DNA from: an uncultured Candidatus Bathyarchaeia archaeon
GTDB taxonomy: Archaea; Thermoproteota; Bathyarchaeia; 40CM-2-53-6
DNA length: 54,140 nucleotides
Assembly: GCA_964601325.1 (NCBI GenBank)
Contig: CAZRNA010000006.1
Span: 1-54,140 of the forward strand
Direction of reading: 5' to 3'
The translations under genes and the position numbers were made by a program. The notes below the pieces were generated by a model that had not been told where the DNA came from, searched no databases, and saw only the letters and a program-made list of their open reading frames with translations. Of the stretch, positions 1-9,467 are shown one piece after another (positions within the stretch are counted from its first letter, which is position 1; every line of letters begins with the position of its first letter).

Positions 1-782
1 TTCGCGGCGGAGGGCGACCGTTCCTTGCTCTACATGGTTGGCCGCTTGATCATCGGGCGATGGTGGGTGCATTTGAGCCGATCTTTGCGAGACGACAGGG
101 CTGGAAGCGTGTCTATCCCGATCTTCCCGGGATGGGAAAGACCGAAGGTCCGGAGTGGCTCGTGACGCAGGACCAAGTCCTCGACGTTCTCATCGAGTTC
201 ATTGAACGTGTGATTCGCAGCGAGCGGTTCACGGTGGCAGGGCTCTCATATGGGGGCCTGCTGGCTCAAGGTTTGGCACACCGCCTCGCCGACCGAATGG
301 ACGGCCTCCTGCTTCTCGTTCCAAGTATGGGCCCTGAGGAGACACGCGACCTTCCGTCCCACCATGTTATTCACCGGGAGCCAATTAGCTTCGAGGACGT
401 GGCTTCGGAGAATGTCGCTGGATTCAGGAATATGGCAGTTGTTCAGACCCAAGAGCATCTTGAAGCTTGGAAGCGAGATATAATCCCAGGTGTCAAGGCT
501 GCAGATGGCGAGTTTCTCGGTCGGCTCCGGAAGAACTACGCCTTCTCATTCGATATCGCTGCGCTCTCAGAGCCCTTCACTAAGCCAGCTCTCTTCCTTC
601 ATGGAAGGCAGGACAACGTTTGCGGATATCGAGACGCTTGGAAGGTCCTTGAGAGCTACCCTCGCGCGTCATTTGCTGTGCTCGATCGCGCCGGTCACTC
701 TCTACAAATGGAACAGCCTATGCTCTTCGAAGCCCTGACGGGAGAGTGGCTTGATCGAGTCGAAGAAGCCGCCCACGCATGA
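1..782 (+). CDS. alpha/beta-fold hydrolase (5' end runs off the window)
   Basis: The frame stays open upstream of the listed ATG at 60; in-frame codons from nt 3 read ..PFLALHGWPLDHRAMVG... It has the HG oxyanion-type motif, the nucleophile elbow GLSYGG, and a C-terminal AGH with the catalytic His. Confidence 0.75.
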   Translation, partial: RGGGRPFLALHGWPLDHRAMVGAFEPIFARRQGWKRVYPDLPGMGKTEGPEWLVTQDQVLDVLIEFIERVIRSERFTVAGLSYGGLLAQGLAHRLADRMDGLLLLVPSMGPEETRDLPSHHVIHREPISFEDVASENVAGFRNMAVVQTQEHLEAWKRDIIPGVKAADGEFLGRLRKNYAFSFDIAALSEPFTKPALFLHGRQDNVCGYRDAWKVLESYPRASFAVLDRAGHSLQMEQPMLFEALTGEWLDRVEEAAHA

Positions 783-868
783 AAGAGTGAGCATGCAAGG
801 ACAATGAGGGCAAGCACTTTCCTGCGTGTGAGCGCACCCACAGATGTCAGCAGTGGTCTCCGCTACCC

Positions 869-1372
869 TCATTTTCCTATGAGCCCTAGCTGTTCCAGGA
901 TGTCTCCGTGGCCGCGTGTGAAGTCGCTGGTCTTCAGATCTCCGGCCGAGATATACCGTAGTTCAGAAAACCAATCGGGCACTCTGGTCGGCTCGGGAAC
1001 TGATGCCCTGTAGACGATACAGAGATCCCAATGGGCATTCTCAACATCGCTTGGGTCGCCGGAAATATGCGACTGAATACCCACAAGTGTGCAACTTGGT
1101 TCTCCGACGAGCAACTGTTCCTTCAGGATTCTTTTGGCACACTCATCCGGAGATTCGCCGAATTTCAGATGCGAAGCTGGCAACAACCATTTTCCTGACG
1201 CCGCGTACTTGGGTGCAAAGCTGGGGCCTACGAGGAACTTCTCCACCCAAGTCTCAGGGTTCTTCATTTTCCCGACTAGAACCTTGCCTTCCTTCTCGGC
1301 GATGATGAAGCTTGAGATGCAAGCACCACCCTCGGGCACTTGCCCTGGCATGAACAAGGCTTTCTTGACCAT
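869..1372 (-). CDS. Nudix-fold protein with a degenerate Nudix box
   Basis: 167 aa. The segment FGESPDECAKRILKEQLLVG aligns to the Nudix box GX5EX7REUXEEXGU, but the box reads RILKEQ instead of REUXEE, so catalytic residues are only partly kept. Confidence 0.45.
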   Translation of the reverse strand: MVKKALFMPGQVPEGGACISSFIIAEKEGKVLVGKMKNPETWVEKFLVGPSFAPKYAASGKWLLPASHLKFGESPDECAKRILKEQLLVGEPSCTLVGIQSHISGDPSDVENAHWDLCIVYRASVPEPTRVPDWFSELRYISAGDLKTSDFTRGHGDILEQLGLIGK

Positions 1373-1402
1373 GATTCCTCGCTTGAGAATGATGCCGGTG
1401 CA

Positions 1403-2302
1403 CTAATAGGACTTGGCTTTCTCTGCGCGTATGTAGAAGACATTCCAATCGAAAACTAGGCCGTTCCCTTTGACGAACTCCAGGAGGCGCTCTCTCAGTT
1501 CAGATAGGAAGAGTTCACGTTGTGTTGGAGACATCTCTGAGATCTCTCGTCTTATGGTGGCGCGGCATAGTCTCATTTTCAAGTAGTCATTGACGCTTGG
1601 CATTCGCACTCTGTATCGTCGGTTCGTTAGCTGTGCATTCCTGAACCCTGCATCAAGAGTTGTTTGCAGCTGTGTCCTGGAATTTAGTGAATGGTGGAAG
1701 CTCTCCATTCCAGCGAGCGCTGATCTTTCAAGAGCCAGTTGCGGGGATGGAGTTGTGGTTCTGTACTTCCCGAGAACTTCGCCAAATACTCGATGAGGCT
1801 TGACATCGATTAGATGCCAATCATTGAACACTAGAACTCCACCGGACCTGAGGACTCTCAGGACCTCTTTCAAGCCCTTGCTGAAGTCCGGAATGCCGAT
1901 GCCGCAGTTCGAGATTGCAGCATCAAAGAACCCATCTGGAAAGCGTAGGTCTTCTTCACTCATCTTGATGAATCTCACATTCCGTCGATGAGCTTTGGCT
2001 GCTTTCTTGCGAGCGAGCGCGATCATGGTATCTGATCGATCGATCCCCACTACAAGCCCCATGGATGGAGTTGCTTCGCTGGCCTCTATGGCCGCAACTC
2101 CCGAACCGGTTCCCAAATCAAGGACCACATCTCCAACGGACGAAGAGGCATCCTTAACGAGATCTCCCGCGAAGAGCCTGAAGATGGGCACCCAGTATCT
2201 ATCCCAAGCGACTGCGTCTTGATCCCAAAGCGCCTTCAGAACCGCGTCAGCTTCTGCGAGCGGTATTCTTGAGGAATTCGCCTGTGACACTGCTTGTCGC
2301 AA
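1403..2302 (-). CDS. class I SAM-dependent methyltransferase
   Basis: 299 aa with motif I VLDLGTGSGVAA, followed by an acidic residue (VGIDRS) and a post-I/II pattern typical of Methyltransf_11/25. The start is TTG. Confidence 0.8.
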   Translation of the reverse strand: MRQAVSQANSSRIPLAEADAVLKALWDQDAVAWDRYWVPIFRLFAGDLVKDASSSVGDVVLDLGTGSGVAAIEASEATPSMGLVVGIDRSDTMIALARKKAAKAHRRNVRFIKMSEEDLRFPDGFFDAAISNCGIGIPDFSKGLKEVLRVLRSGGVLVFNDWHLIDVKPHRVFGEVLGKYRTTTPSPQLALERSALAGMESFHHSLNSRTQLQTTLDAGFRNAQLTNRRYRVRMPSVNDYLKMRLCRATIRREISEMSPTQRELFLSELRERLLEFVKGNGLVFDWNVFYIRAEKAKSY

Positions 2303-2470
2303 CCTTGTGTTTCAATAGTGGCTAGTGTGCATCATGTGCTTTGCCATTGGCCTTGTGTGAATGCCGGAACGAGAACCATCATTGCTCTAGAGGCTCGGAA
2401 GTCATTTATCCTCAGTTCGGGTTGCTCGAATTGAGAGGGATAGAACCTGTTTGATCGGCATGCGCAACTG

Positions 2471-3730
2471 TTGAAGCCCAAACAGTTGAAGACCATCCAA
2501 CAAGAGAAGATCAGGAAGATCGTGCGCTACGCATACAGGAATGTTCCATTCTATCGGAAGCGTCTCGACGAGGCTGGAGTGAAGCCCGAGTCCATTCGGA
2601 CGCTCGACGATGTCGTAAAGATACCCTTCACTGTAAAGACGGATCTCAGAGACAATTACCCGCTAGGTATGCTCGCCGTCCCGCCGCGTCGCTTGTACTG
2701 CCTTCACGCGTCCTCCGGGACGACTGGGAAACCGATCGTCGTCGCGTACACTCGCGGGGATCTTGAACGCTGGGCTAGGCTGATGGGCAGAACCTTCGAT
2801 GTCTCCGGCGTGAGGAAGGGCGATATCGTCCAGAACATGTACGGGTACGGACTATTCACGGGCGGACTTGGTTTCCACTATGGTGCGAAAGCTGTTGGCG
2901 CAACTGTCGTGCCTTCCAGTGTTGGAAACACGAAACGGCAATTGATGCTGCTCAAAGACTTGGGGAGCACTGTGGTCGCGTGCACACCCTCCTACATGAT
3001 CTACTTGTGTGAAGCAAGCCGAGCTGAGGGCTACAACCCGAAGACCGATTTTACGCTCAGGATTGGACTCTTCGGAGCGGAACCATGGAGCGAGGAAGCA
3101 CGAAAACGAATTGAAGACACCTTCGGTCTGCGAGCCCATGATTGTTTCGGTATGTCTGAACTGTATGGTCCCGGCGTGGGGATTGAATGTGATCAGCGGA
3201 ACGGTCTCCATGTCTGGGGTGATGAGTTCTTGGTCGAGACGATCAACCCGGAGACTGGTGAAGTGCTCGAGCCCGGCAGCGAAGGCGAGCTTGTATTCAC
3301 AATGCTCTCACGCGAAGCGATGCCTCTACTCCGCTACAGAACACGAGACCTCTCGAGAGTCTTTGAGGAAGAATGCGGATGCGGGAGATACCACAGCCGG
3401 ATTCAGCGCATCAAGGGTAGAAGCGATGATATGCTCATCATCGGTGGCGTGAACGTCTTTCCAAGCCAAGTGGAACATGTCTTGATGAATGTGCCTGGAG
3501 TCGGGGATCAGTACCAGATAGTCGTGTCACGCGAAGAACTTGACCACTTGGCCGTGAAAGTCGAGGCGCCAAGAAACAAACTGAACGATCAGGAACTGCT
3601 GAAGAAGGTTCAGACAGACCTCCTAGCCACCCTGGGAATACGCGCTAGAGTCGAGCTGGTTGAGGAGGGAGCTCTTCCACGCTTGGAAGGCAAGGCACGT
3701 CGTGTCGTTGACCTCAGACCCAAAGAGTAG
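2471..3730 (+). CDS. paaK: phenylacetate-CoA ligase family adenylate-forming enzyme (PaaK / coenzyme F390 synthetase-like)
   Basis: 419 aa. N-terminal NVPFYRKRLDEAGVKPESIRTLDDVVKIPFTVKTDLRDNYP, AMP-binding motif SSGTTGKP, and the C-terminal RIKGRSDDMLIIGGVNVFP motif are all characteristic of the PaaK family. The start is TTG; the exact start is uncertain. Confidence 0.8.
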   Translation: MKPKQLKTIQQEKIRKIVRYAYRNVPFYRKRLDEAGVKPESIRTLDDVVKIPFTVKTDLRDNYPLGMLAVPPRRLYCLHASSGTTGKPIVVAYTRGDLERWARLMGRTFDVSGVRKGDIVQNMYGYGLFTGGLGFHYGAKAVGATVVPSSVGNTKRQLMLLKDLGSTVVACTPSYMIYLCEASRAEGYNPKTDFTLRIGLFGAEPWSEEARKRIEDTFGLRAHDCFGMSELYGPGVGIECDQRNGLHVWGDEFLVETINPETGEVLEPGSEGELVFTMLSREAMPLLRYRTRDLSRVFEEECGCGRYHSRIQRIKGRSDDMLIIGGVNVFPSQVEHVLMNVPGVGDQYQIVVSREELDHLAVKVEAPRNKLNDQELLKKVQTDLLATLGIRARVELVEEGALPRLEGKARRVVDLRPKE

Positions 3731-3749
3731 ATCACGGAGCGGAATCGAG

Positions 3750-5375
3750 GTGGAAAGATCTTCGGTAGGGTTGGCGCTTGTAGTAATCCTGGTCTTGGCA
3801 GGCGCGTTTCTCAACCTGAAATTCGTCCTTGCGATTCTCGCACTGATCGTCGTATTCGTGGGCATTGTCGAATTCCGACAATCCGGAGCGACCATGGCAA
3901 TAGTGGGCCTGGTAGTCGCCTTCGTCCTTGCTGTGGCCTACTTTGACACTAATCCGGTGGTTGCTTTTGGCGGCGCGATCTATGGAATCTTCAAGTCTTT
4001 CGGCATAACGATCTCCGTGCTCGCGACAATGTTGATGATCTTTCTGATGAGGGAGGTCGGAGCGCTTGAGAAGATCTCAGTCGCAGTGAAAGCTGCGGCT
4101 ACGACAAAGGAACAGCAGGCGCTTTTCCTTGGAGTCGGGTTCGGATCATTCGCCACATCGCTTGGAGTAGTGACCCCGTCACTCTTTCCTCCCTTGTTGG
4201 TTGCCATGGGGTTCTCGCCTTTCGCCGCAATAGCCATCGCGGTGCTTGGCTACAATGCGACTACGTCTTACGCACTCCTTTCAGTCCCAATCAGTCTGCC
4301 CGCGGACATTTTCAAGTTCGACCAGTTCGCGTTTGCGTACAAGGTGAACATCTTCCTTCCAGTTGTTTCCGTTCTAGTCTCGATCGCCATGCTCTGGGTG
4401 GTCGGAGGCAAATCATCCGTCAGAAAAGGCATCATCCCGGCGATCATAACAGGCCTCTCGATCGGATTCTCGTGTCTGATCTTCGGGCTCATCCGAGTGC
4501 CGATCATGCTGATCGGAGTCTTGGCCGGACTCGTAAGCATGCTCGTACTCTACTCACTTCGTAACCTAACAGCGAAACCTGTGCGAGCACCTGAGCCGAT
4601 CGATCGAGCACACACACTCAGAGCCCTCAGTCCATGGCTCATTCTCATAGTTCTAGCATTGGTAGTCAGTGTTCCTCAGGTTACGGATTGGCTGAGGCGT
4701 GTCGATGGACCCGCTCTCTGGATCTACGACAAACCCTTGGACTTTGACGCATTTGCTCAGGTGTACACGTGGATTTTCGCGGCAACAATCCTCTCACTGC
4801 CCATTCTGAAACCCACTCGACAACAACTCAGTGATACAGTAAGCCTCTGGCTGAAAAGAATCTGGCAACCATTCATCGCATACGCTCTGTTCTTCGGAAT
4901 CGCCTATGTCATGGCGTGGAGCGCGATGGACATCTCAAACGGAAAGATAGTTCCCACAAACGCATTCGCCGCTATGAACATGAACAATGTGGTTGGATTG
5001 ACGTTGGCCGCAGTGTTCGGGTCAATGTTCGTGTTTGTGGCACCTTGGCTCGGCCTATTCGGAGCAGTTGTCGGAGGCTCTGAAGCAAGCTCTAACGTGA
5101 TGTTCTTCCCGATCCAGCACAAGGCGGCGGAAGGCATAGGGCTCACTGGGGCGGGGCAGAACAGCTCGGCTTTCATGACGATCTACGGATCGCACGCAAA
5201 CGGAGGAGGCGTCGCCTCAGCCATCACGCCTTCTAAGATAAACAACGCAGCAGCCACGATCGGAGCGGACGCGAAGCTCGAGAGTGAGATCATGAGAAGC
5301 CATGTGCCGATCGTAATAGCGATCACTCTAGTCGTAGGCGTCCTGACCGGTCTGTTCATACTATTCGGGATCTAG
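3750..5375 (+). CDS. LctP-family (L-lactate/glycolate-type) permease
   Basis: Polytopic membrane protein. GVGFGSFATSLGVVTPSLFPPLLVAMGFSPF and GGSEASSNVMFFPIQ resemble the LctP signatures (GAAGFGxPVAI..., TGSDTSSNxLF). The ORF opens at 3660 but overlaps paaK, so the GTG at 3750 or the ATG at 3894 is the more likely start. Confidence 0.7.
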   Translation: MERSSVGLALVVILVLAGAFLNLKFVLAILALIVVFVGIVEFRQSGATMAIVGLVVAFVLAVAYFDTNPVVAFGGAIYGIFKSFGITISVLATMLMIFLMREVGALEKISVAVKAAATTKEQQALFLGVGFGSFATSLGVVTPSLFPPLLVAMGFSPFAAIAIAVLGYNATTSYALLSVPISLPADIFKFDQFAFAYKVNIFLPVVSVLVSIAMLWVVGGKSSVRKGIIPAIITGLSIGFSCLIFGLIRVPIMLIGVLAGLVSMLVLYSLRNLTAKPVRAPEPIDRAHTLRALSPWLILIVLALVVSVPQVTDWLRRVDGPALWIYDKPLDFDAFAQVYTWIFAATILSLPILKPTRQQLSDTVSLWLKRIWQPFIAYALFFGIAYVMAWSAMDISNGKIVPTNAFAAMNMNNVVGLTLAAVFGSMFVFVAPWLGLFGAVVGGSEASSNVMFFPIQHKAAEGIGLTGAGQNSSAFMTIYGSHANGGGVASAITPSKINNAAATIGADAKLESEIMRSHVPIVIAITLVVGVLTGLFILFGI

Positions 5376-5459
5376 AGAAACCGCAACAAATCGAGCCTAA
5401 CGGTCTCAAGCGGTACCTCTTTATCGTCTGGAGCCTTCTCCGCCGATGACAGGGTCAAG

Positions 5460-6047
5460 ATGGACTACTTCGAAGCCGTAAAGACTAGGCATTCAGTACG
5501 AGCGTTTCAGGAGAAACCCGTAGAGGAAGAGAAGATTCGCAGAATCATTGAAGCCATCAACTTGGCTCCATCGGCAGGAGATCTTCAAGCATACGAAGTC
5601 ATCGTTGTCAAAGATCCGATGCTGAAGGACAAGTTGGCGAAGGCAGCCTTGGGCCAGGGTTTCCTCTCCGAGGCTCCTGTCTGCCTTGTGTTTGTCGCAT
5701 ATCCTGAGCGTTCCTCGAAGAAGTACGGACGGAGAGGCTCCGAGCTCTACTGTATCCAAGATGCGTCAATAGTGGCGACATATGCAATGCTTGCGGCCAC
5801 AGCGCTTGGATTGTCGTCTACATGGGTTGGAGCATTCGACGAGGAGGTCGCGGCAAGAGCGGTCGGTGCTACGAAGGGCAAGCGTCCTGTCGCTATCTTG
5901 CCCATTGGTTATGCGGCTGAGTCTCCCGAGAGCACTCCTAGGAGACCTGTTAGCGATATCGCGTTCCTAGACACTTCCGGAGTGCCCTACCCATTCTCTT
6001 TCACGGACAAGAGCTTCGAGAGGCCGACTCGGAATCTGAAACCTTAG
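5460..6047 (+). CDS. nitroreductase-family FMN oxidoreductase
   Basis: 195 aa. The N-terminal FEAVKTRHSVRAFQEKPV...I..I...A..APSAGDLQ pattern is typical of the nitroreductase family. Confidence 0.8.
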   Translation: MDYFEAVKTRHSVRAFQEKPVEEEKIRRIIEAINLAPSAGDLQAYEVIVVKDPMLKDKLAKAALGQGFLSEAPVCLVFVAYPERSSKKYGRRGSELYCIQDASIVATYAMLAATALGLSSTWVGAFDEEVAARAVGATKGKRPVAILPIGYAAESPESTPRRPVSDIAFLDTSGVPYPFSFTDKSFERPTRNLKP

Positions 6048-6238
6048 ACTTCTCTGAACAGGAACGGGTTGAGGCATCTCTTCTTGTCGCGCCAAATCTC
6101 TGAATGAAGCATACGTTCTGTTGCGGCTACGTTGCTCAGTAAGCTATTGTCATCTTGTGGGCGTGATGCTGAGGCCTGCGATCTCTTCGGGACCGGAGAA
6201 AACCGTTATCATGTGGAGGACGCAAGCTTAGCCTGTTG

Positions 6239-6335
6239 GGGCCGGTAGTTCAGCTGGTTAGAAAGCTCAAGGCTTGGCTGGAACGTCGGCTTTACACGCC
6301 GAAGGTCGCCGGTTCGATCCCGGTCCGGCCCACCA
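6239..6335 (+). tRNA. tRNA-Val (anticodon UAC) with a 20-nt non-canonical intron in the D-arm and an encoded CCA
   Basis: Hand-folded cloverleaf:
- Acceptor stem GGGCCGG (6239-6245) / CCGGCCC (6325-6331).
- D-stem GTTC (6248-6251) / GAAC (6281-6284).
- Anticodon stem TCGGC (6286-6290) / GCCGA (6298-6302), loop TTTACAC.
- Variable loop AGGTC.
- T-arm GCCGG-TTCGATC-CCGGT.
- Discriminator A, then CCA at 6333-6335.

A 20-nt insert (6261-6280 through 6264-6283; the junction is ambiguous because GAA is duplicated) interrupts the D-arm. Removing it gives a standard 77-nt tRNA. Confidence 0.8.
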
Positions 6336-6438
6336 TCTCACATTCAGCACCGCAATCCATGCCGGACGAATCGACTCTCCCCTCCACCCGTCCACAGACT
6401 TTCATAAGGCGTCAAACTACAATTCAAGAAGAGCGAAC

Positions 6439-7188
6439 TTGCTGAAAGCCAAGATCAGCCAGACAAAGCGAATCTCGGTCGCTCTCGAGACCAACGGAAG
6501 AGGCTTCATTGGGTTCATTGTTCAGCTGCCGGGAGCCTTTGTCCGAGGCAAAATGGAGGAAGAAACTCTCTCCAAAGTGGACAGCGAAGTCAGGGCCTAT
6601 ACAAGATGGCTGGGCGCGGAGATTCCTATCGATTACGACGTTTGTGTTTCTCAGAGGCATTCATGCACCTTGACCGTGGAAGATGCTGACTCTGAGATCC
6701 TTCTGGACGAAGAAAAATCGGCAATGAACGATCGCGAATTCAGAGAGTTCTGTGACCTGACCAGATACTCAGGGGAGACATTCTTCGCGCTCTATACGGG
6801 AGCTGAGCTGAAGAACTGGGTTGATGACAGCAGGATCAGGAAGACGTTCTATGGTGAGACGCCCCGAACTATCCTAGAGATATTTGAGCACGTGAATGGT
6901 ACTCAGTACTACTACCTTTCGAGAGTCAGCCTCAGGCCGAGAGAGCGAACCAGAGATTTCCTGCAGACGAGGCGGAATTGCCTCAGCTATCTCCAGGAGC
7001 TATTCGAGGAGCAGGGTGAAGATCAGCTATTCCAAGTGGACAACGAGGAGTGGACGTTAAGGAAGGTGCTGCGACGATTCGTGTGGCACGACAGGATCCA
7101 CGCAAAAGCCATCGTTCGCATGATGCAGAAGCAGAAGCGGCTTGATCTCATAGCGAACTTCCGAGATCCCTTTCATTTCACTGCCTAA
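6439..7188 (+). CDS. hypothetical protein, DinB/YfiT-like C-terminal helical bundle with a HicB-like N-terminal fold
   Basis: The listed ORF starts at 6274, inside the tRNA, so the start was moved to the TTG at 6439 (the ATG at 6553 is an alternative). The C-terminal WTLRKVLRRFVWHDRIHAKAI resembles DinB-family His motifs. The N-terminal ISVALETNGRGFIGFIVQLPGAFVRG resembles HicB/UPF0150. Confidence 0.4.
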   Translation: MLKAKISQTKRISVALETNGRGFIGFIVQLPGAFVRGKMEEETLSKVDSEVRAYTRWLGAEIPIDYDVCVSQRHSCTLTVEDADSEILLDEEKSAMNDREFREFCDLTRYSGETFFALYTGAELKNWVDDSRIRKTFYGETPRTILEIFEHVNGTQYYYLSRVSLRPRERTRDFLQTRRNCLSYLQELFEEQGEDQLFQVDNEEWTLRKVLRRFVWHDRIHAKAIVRMMQKQKRLDLIANFRDPFHFTA

Positions 7189-7294
7189 TTGCGCTCCTTG
7201 TGTTTTCTTCTGAAAGCACTTGCTCACGGTGAGCTGTAAGCTTCTCAGCACACGGTCTATTTGCGGGATTCATCGGGGGCGTCTTTCTTGTATG

Positions 7295-8275
7295 CTACGT
7301 GCCGTCCCAGAGTCCGATCCGGAACTTCCCCGAATCCACGCCATAGATTCTCTTGATCCTGTTCGAATCGGTCTTCTCTTTCAGGGACTTGACGAGAAGG
7401 CTTCCGTACGCTTCAAGTGGGACTTGGTAACCGGCCTTGCTTAGCCATCCGATCTCTAGGTCCGTTAATCCATCACACAAGACCATTACTATCACGTCAG
7501 GGTTTCGGCGCTCTGCATCAGCCAAGAGGGCGCGGAAGGACATTTCATCAAGGGCCATGATTTCTGTGGCTTCTGAGATTCTTTGGCTCGGCTCCCAGTA
7601 GGCGTACCCGGCGATCGAGTCTCCACGTTGAACGACTCGCATGTTCTCGGCAGGTTTGATTTCGATGCCCATTGAGAACTTTCGTGCCTTCAAGAAGTTC
7701 TCTGGCCTGTAGATGAATCCAGTACTTCCCTGAACCGCTCGCTTGTAGGCGCTGTACACGTTGTTGGAATCTGTTTCCAAGAAGGGACGAACAGCGGCAT
7801 CCTCTGGTGAACGCGTGCGCGTCTGATTCGGGTATTTTACCGCTACCTCGGAATGATCTATCTCACTGTAGCCTAGGCGCTGATACATTGTCATCGCTCC
7901 TAAACGTTTGGAAGTCGTCAAGACGCTGTACTCAAGGTCACGTTCATGGAAATACTCGTGCGTTCTCTTCATGACGGCTGTCATGAGTCCGCGTCTGGCG
8001 AAATCTGGTCTAGTACTCACAGTGTTCACTCCGCCGACCTCCAGCCTTCCTTGAATGGTTTGGATGGGGATTCGCATGAGGAGAAGCCCGCTTGCAACAG
8101 TTCCATCTCGCGCTACCGCGAATATGCCGAATTCGCGCGTGTATCTCTCATCGCTGGACCTAAGCTCTTGAAGTAGGCTAGGCGTGACAGGCCATGATAG
8201 ACTGAGTTGGAAGATCAATGCGACCTTGTATGGATCATCGATCTCGTCGAAGAAGACTATTCGATAGTCTGACAA
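7295..8275 (-). CDS. GNAT-family N-acetyltransferase, Eis-like (GNAT plus C-terminal SCP2-like domain)
   Basis: 326 aa. The acetyl-CoA binding pattern VSTRPDFARRGLMTAVMK (Q/RxxGxG/A-like) is followed by YSVLTTS..MYQRLGY. Length and C-terminal region match Eis-type enzymes. Confidence 0.65.
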   Translation of the reverse strand: MSDYRIVFFDEIDDPYKVALIFQLSLSWPVTPSLLQELRSSDERYTREFGIFAVARDGTVASGLLLMRIPIQTIQGRLEVGGVNTVSTRPDFARRGLMTAVMKRTHEYFHERDLEYSVLTTSKRLGAMTMYQRLGYSEIDHSEVAVKYPNQTRTRSPEDAAVRPFLETDSNNVYSAYKRAVQGSTGFIYRPENFLKARKFSMGIEIKPAENMRVVQRGDSIAGYAYWEPSQRISEATEIMALDEMSFRALLADAERRNPDVIVMVLCDGLTDLEIGWLSKAGYQVPLEAYGSLLVKSLKEKTDSNRIKRIYGVDSGKFRIGLWDGT

Positions 8276-8443
8276 GATAGACCTCGATGACTAGATCCTA
8301 GACCTGTCTGATAATCCTTACAGGAATGCAGAAGAGCGTCTGCGAATACCGGATCGACCTCCGAGAAGCCTGCACACCGCGACTGTCAAGACTTGAGTTC
8401 CTTGGACCTCTAGCCAACTTAATTAGGAGCAAATCCGCTCGTC

Positions 8444-9466
8444 GTGTTGCCTACGGTCCCGCGATGTACTTTGAACTCCGTTGAAGTTCAATCATTGTCT
8501 AAGATATTCGAGACGAAGGAGGGTCCGCTGCTACGTAAAGTCCCAAAGAAGGTCGTGGCTGTTGACGGGATCAGTTTCAGCGTCCCGAAGGGAGAGATCT
8601 TCGGGCTTCTTGGTCCAAACGGTGCCGGCAAGACTACGACGATCAAGATGCTGTGCACCTTGATTACTCCCACGTCAGGCGACGCGTTCGTCAACGGGTA
8701 CAGCGTGGCGAGGGATGAGCAGAAGGTGCGCGAGAACTTGGGCGTAATGTTGACTGGAGAGCGAACCCTGTACTGGAAGTTGACGGGACGGGAAAATCTG
8801 GAGTACTTCGCAGCTCTATATCATCTAGATCCATTGGACGCCAGGAAGCATATCGATGAACTGCTTGACTTGGTGGGACTGAAGCAGCATGAGCACATGT
8901 TTGTCGAGAACTATTCTACAGGCATGCGAATCCGTCTCTCATTCGCCAAAGCAATCCTCAATGATGCTCCTGTACTGCTTTTTGATGAGCCGACCGCCAG
9001 CCTGGATCCTCAGTCATCGCGCCTCATTCGGGACACGATTCGAGGTTTGAAGAATCAAGGGCACGCGGTTATCTTGACAACTCACAACATGGAAGAAGCC
9101 GACCTACTGAGCGACCGAGTCGCCATAATCGACCGCGGTAGCATCGTAGCTCTTGGATCTCCTTCGGAACTGAAGGAGAAGGTGAAGATCAATGATGTCA
9201 TCGAGATCGAGGCTCGGAATCTTTCCGACCGCACCGTGAGTGCTATTGAAACGTTCAGCGAGGTGTCCAAAGTAGCCGTTACGGCAGATCCGCAGTCGAG
9301 CGAGAAGGGCTCCCTGCGGATTCATGCGGAGAAGGGAAAAGAGGTGTTGCCGAAGATCCTCGAGTTCCTGGTCCGCAAACAAGTCAGCGTAACCAAAGTA
9401 AGCTTCATTGAACCAACTCTTGAAGACGTTTTCATATCAGAAACCGGCAGGAGCCTTCGAGATTAG
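8444..9466 (+). CDS. ABC transporter ATP-binding protein (ABC-2/DrrA-type)
   Basis: Walker A GPNGAGKTT, signature YSTGMRIRL, Walker B LLFDEPTASLD, H-loop TTHNM. The TTG at 8471 is an alternative start. Confidence 0.9.
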   Translation: MLPTVPRCTLNSVEVQSLSKIFETKEGPLLRKVPKKVVAVDGISFSVPKGEIFGLLGPNGAGKTTTIKMLCTLITPTSGDAFVNGYSVARDEQKVRENLGVMLTGERTLYWKLTGRENLEYFAALYHLDPLDARKHIDELLDLVGLKQHEHMFVENYSTGMRIRLSFAKAILNDAPVLLFDEPTASLDPQSSRLIRDTIRGLKNQGHAVILTTHNMEEADLLSDRVAIIDRGSIVALGSPSELKEKVKINDVIEIEARNLSDRTVSAIETFSEVSKVAVTADPQSSEKGSLRIHAEKGKEVLPKILEFLVRKQVSVTKVSFIEPTLEDVFISETGRSLRD

Positions 9467-9467
9467 G

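Noticed and set aside
3660-3749. Upstream extension of the LctP-type ORF into paaK.
   Set aside because: It overlaps the conserved PaaK C-terminus by 71 nt. The first predicted TM helix begins after the GTG at 3750.
6274-6438. N-terminal 55 codons of the listed 304-aa ORF (6274..7188).
   Set aside because: This part is simply the translation of the tRNA-Val 3' half and its trailer. The ORF was trimmed to the TTG at 6439.
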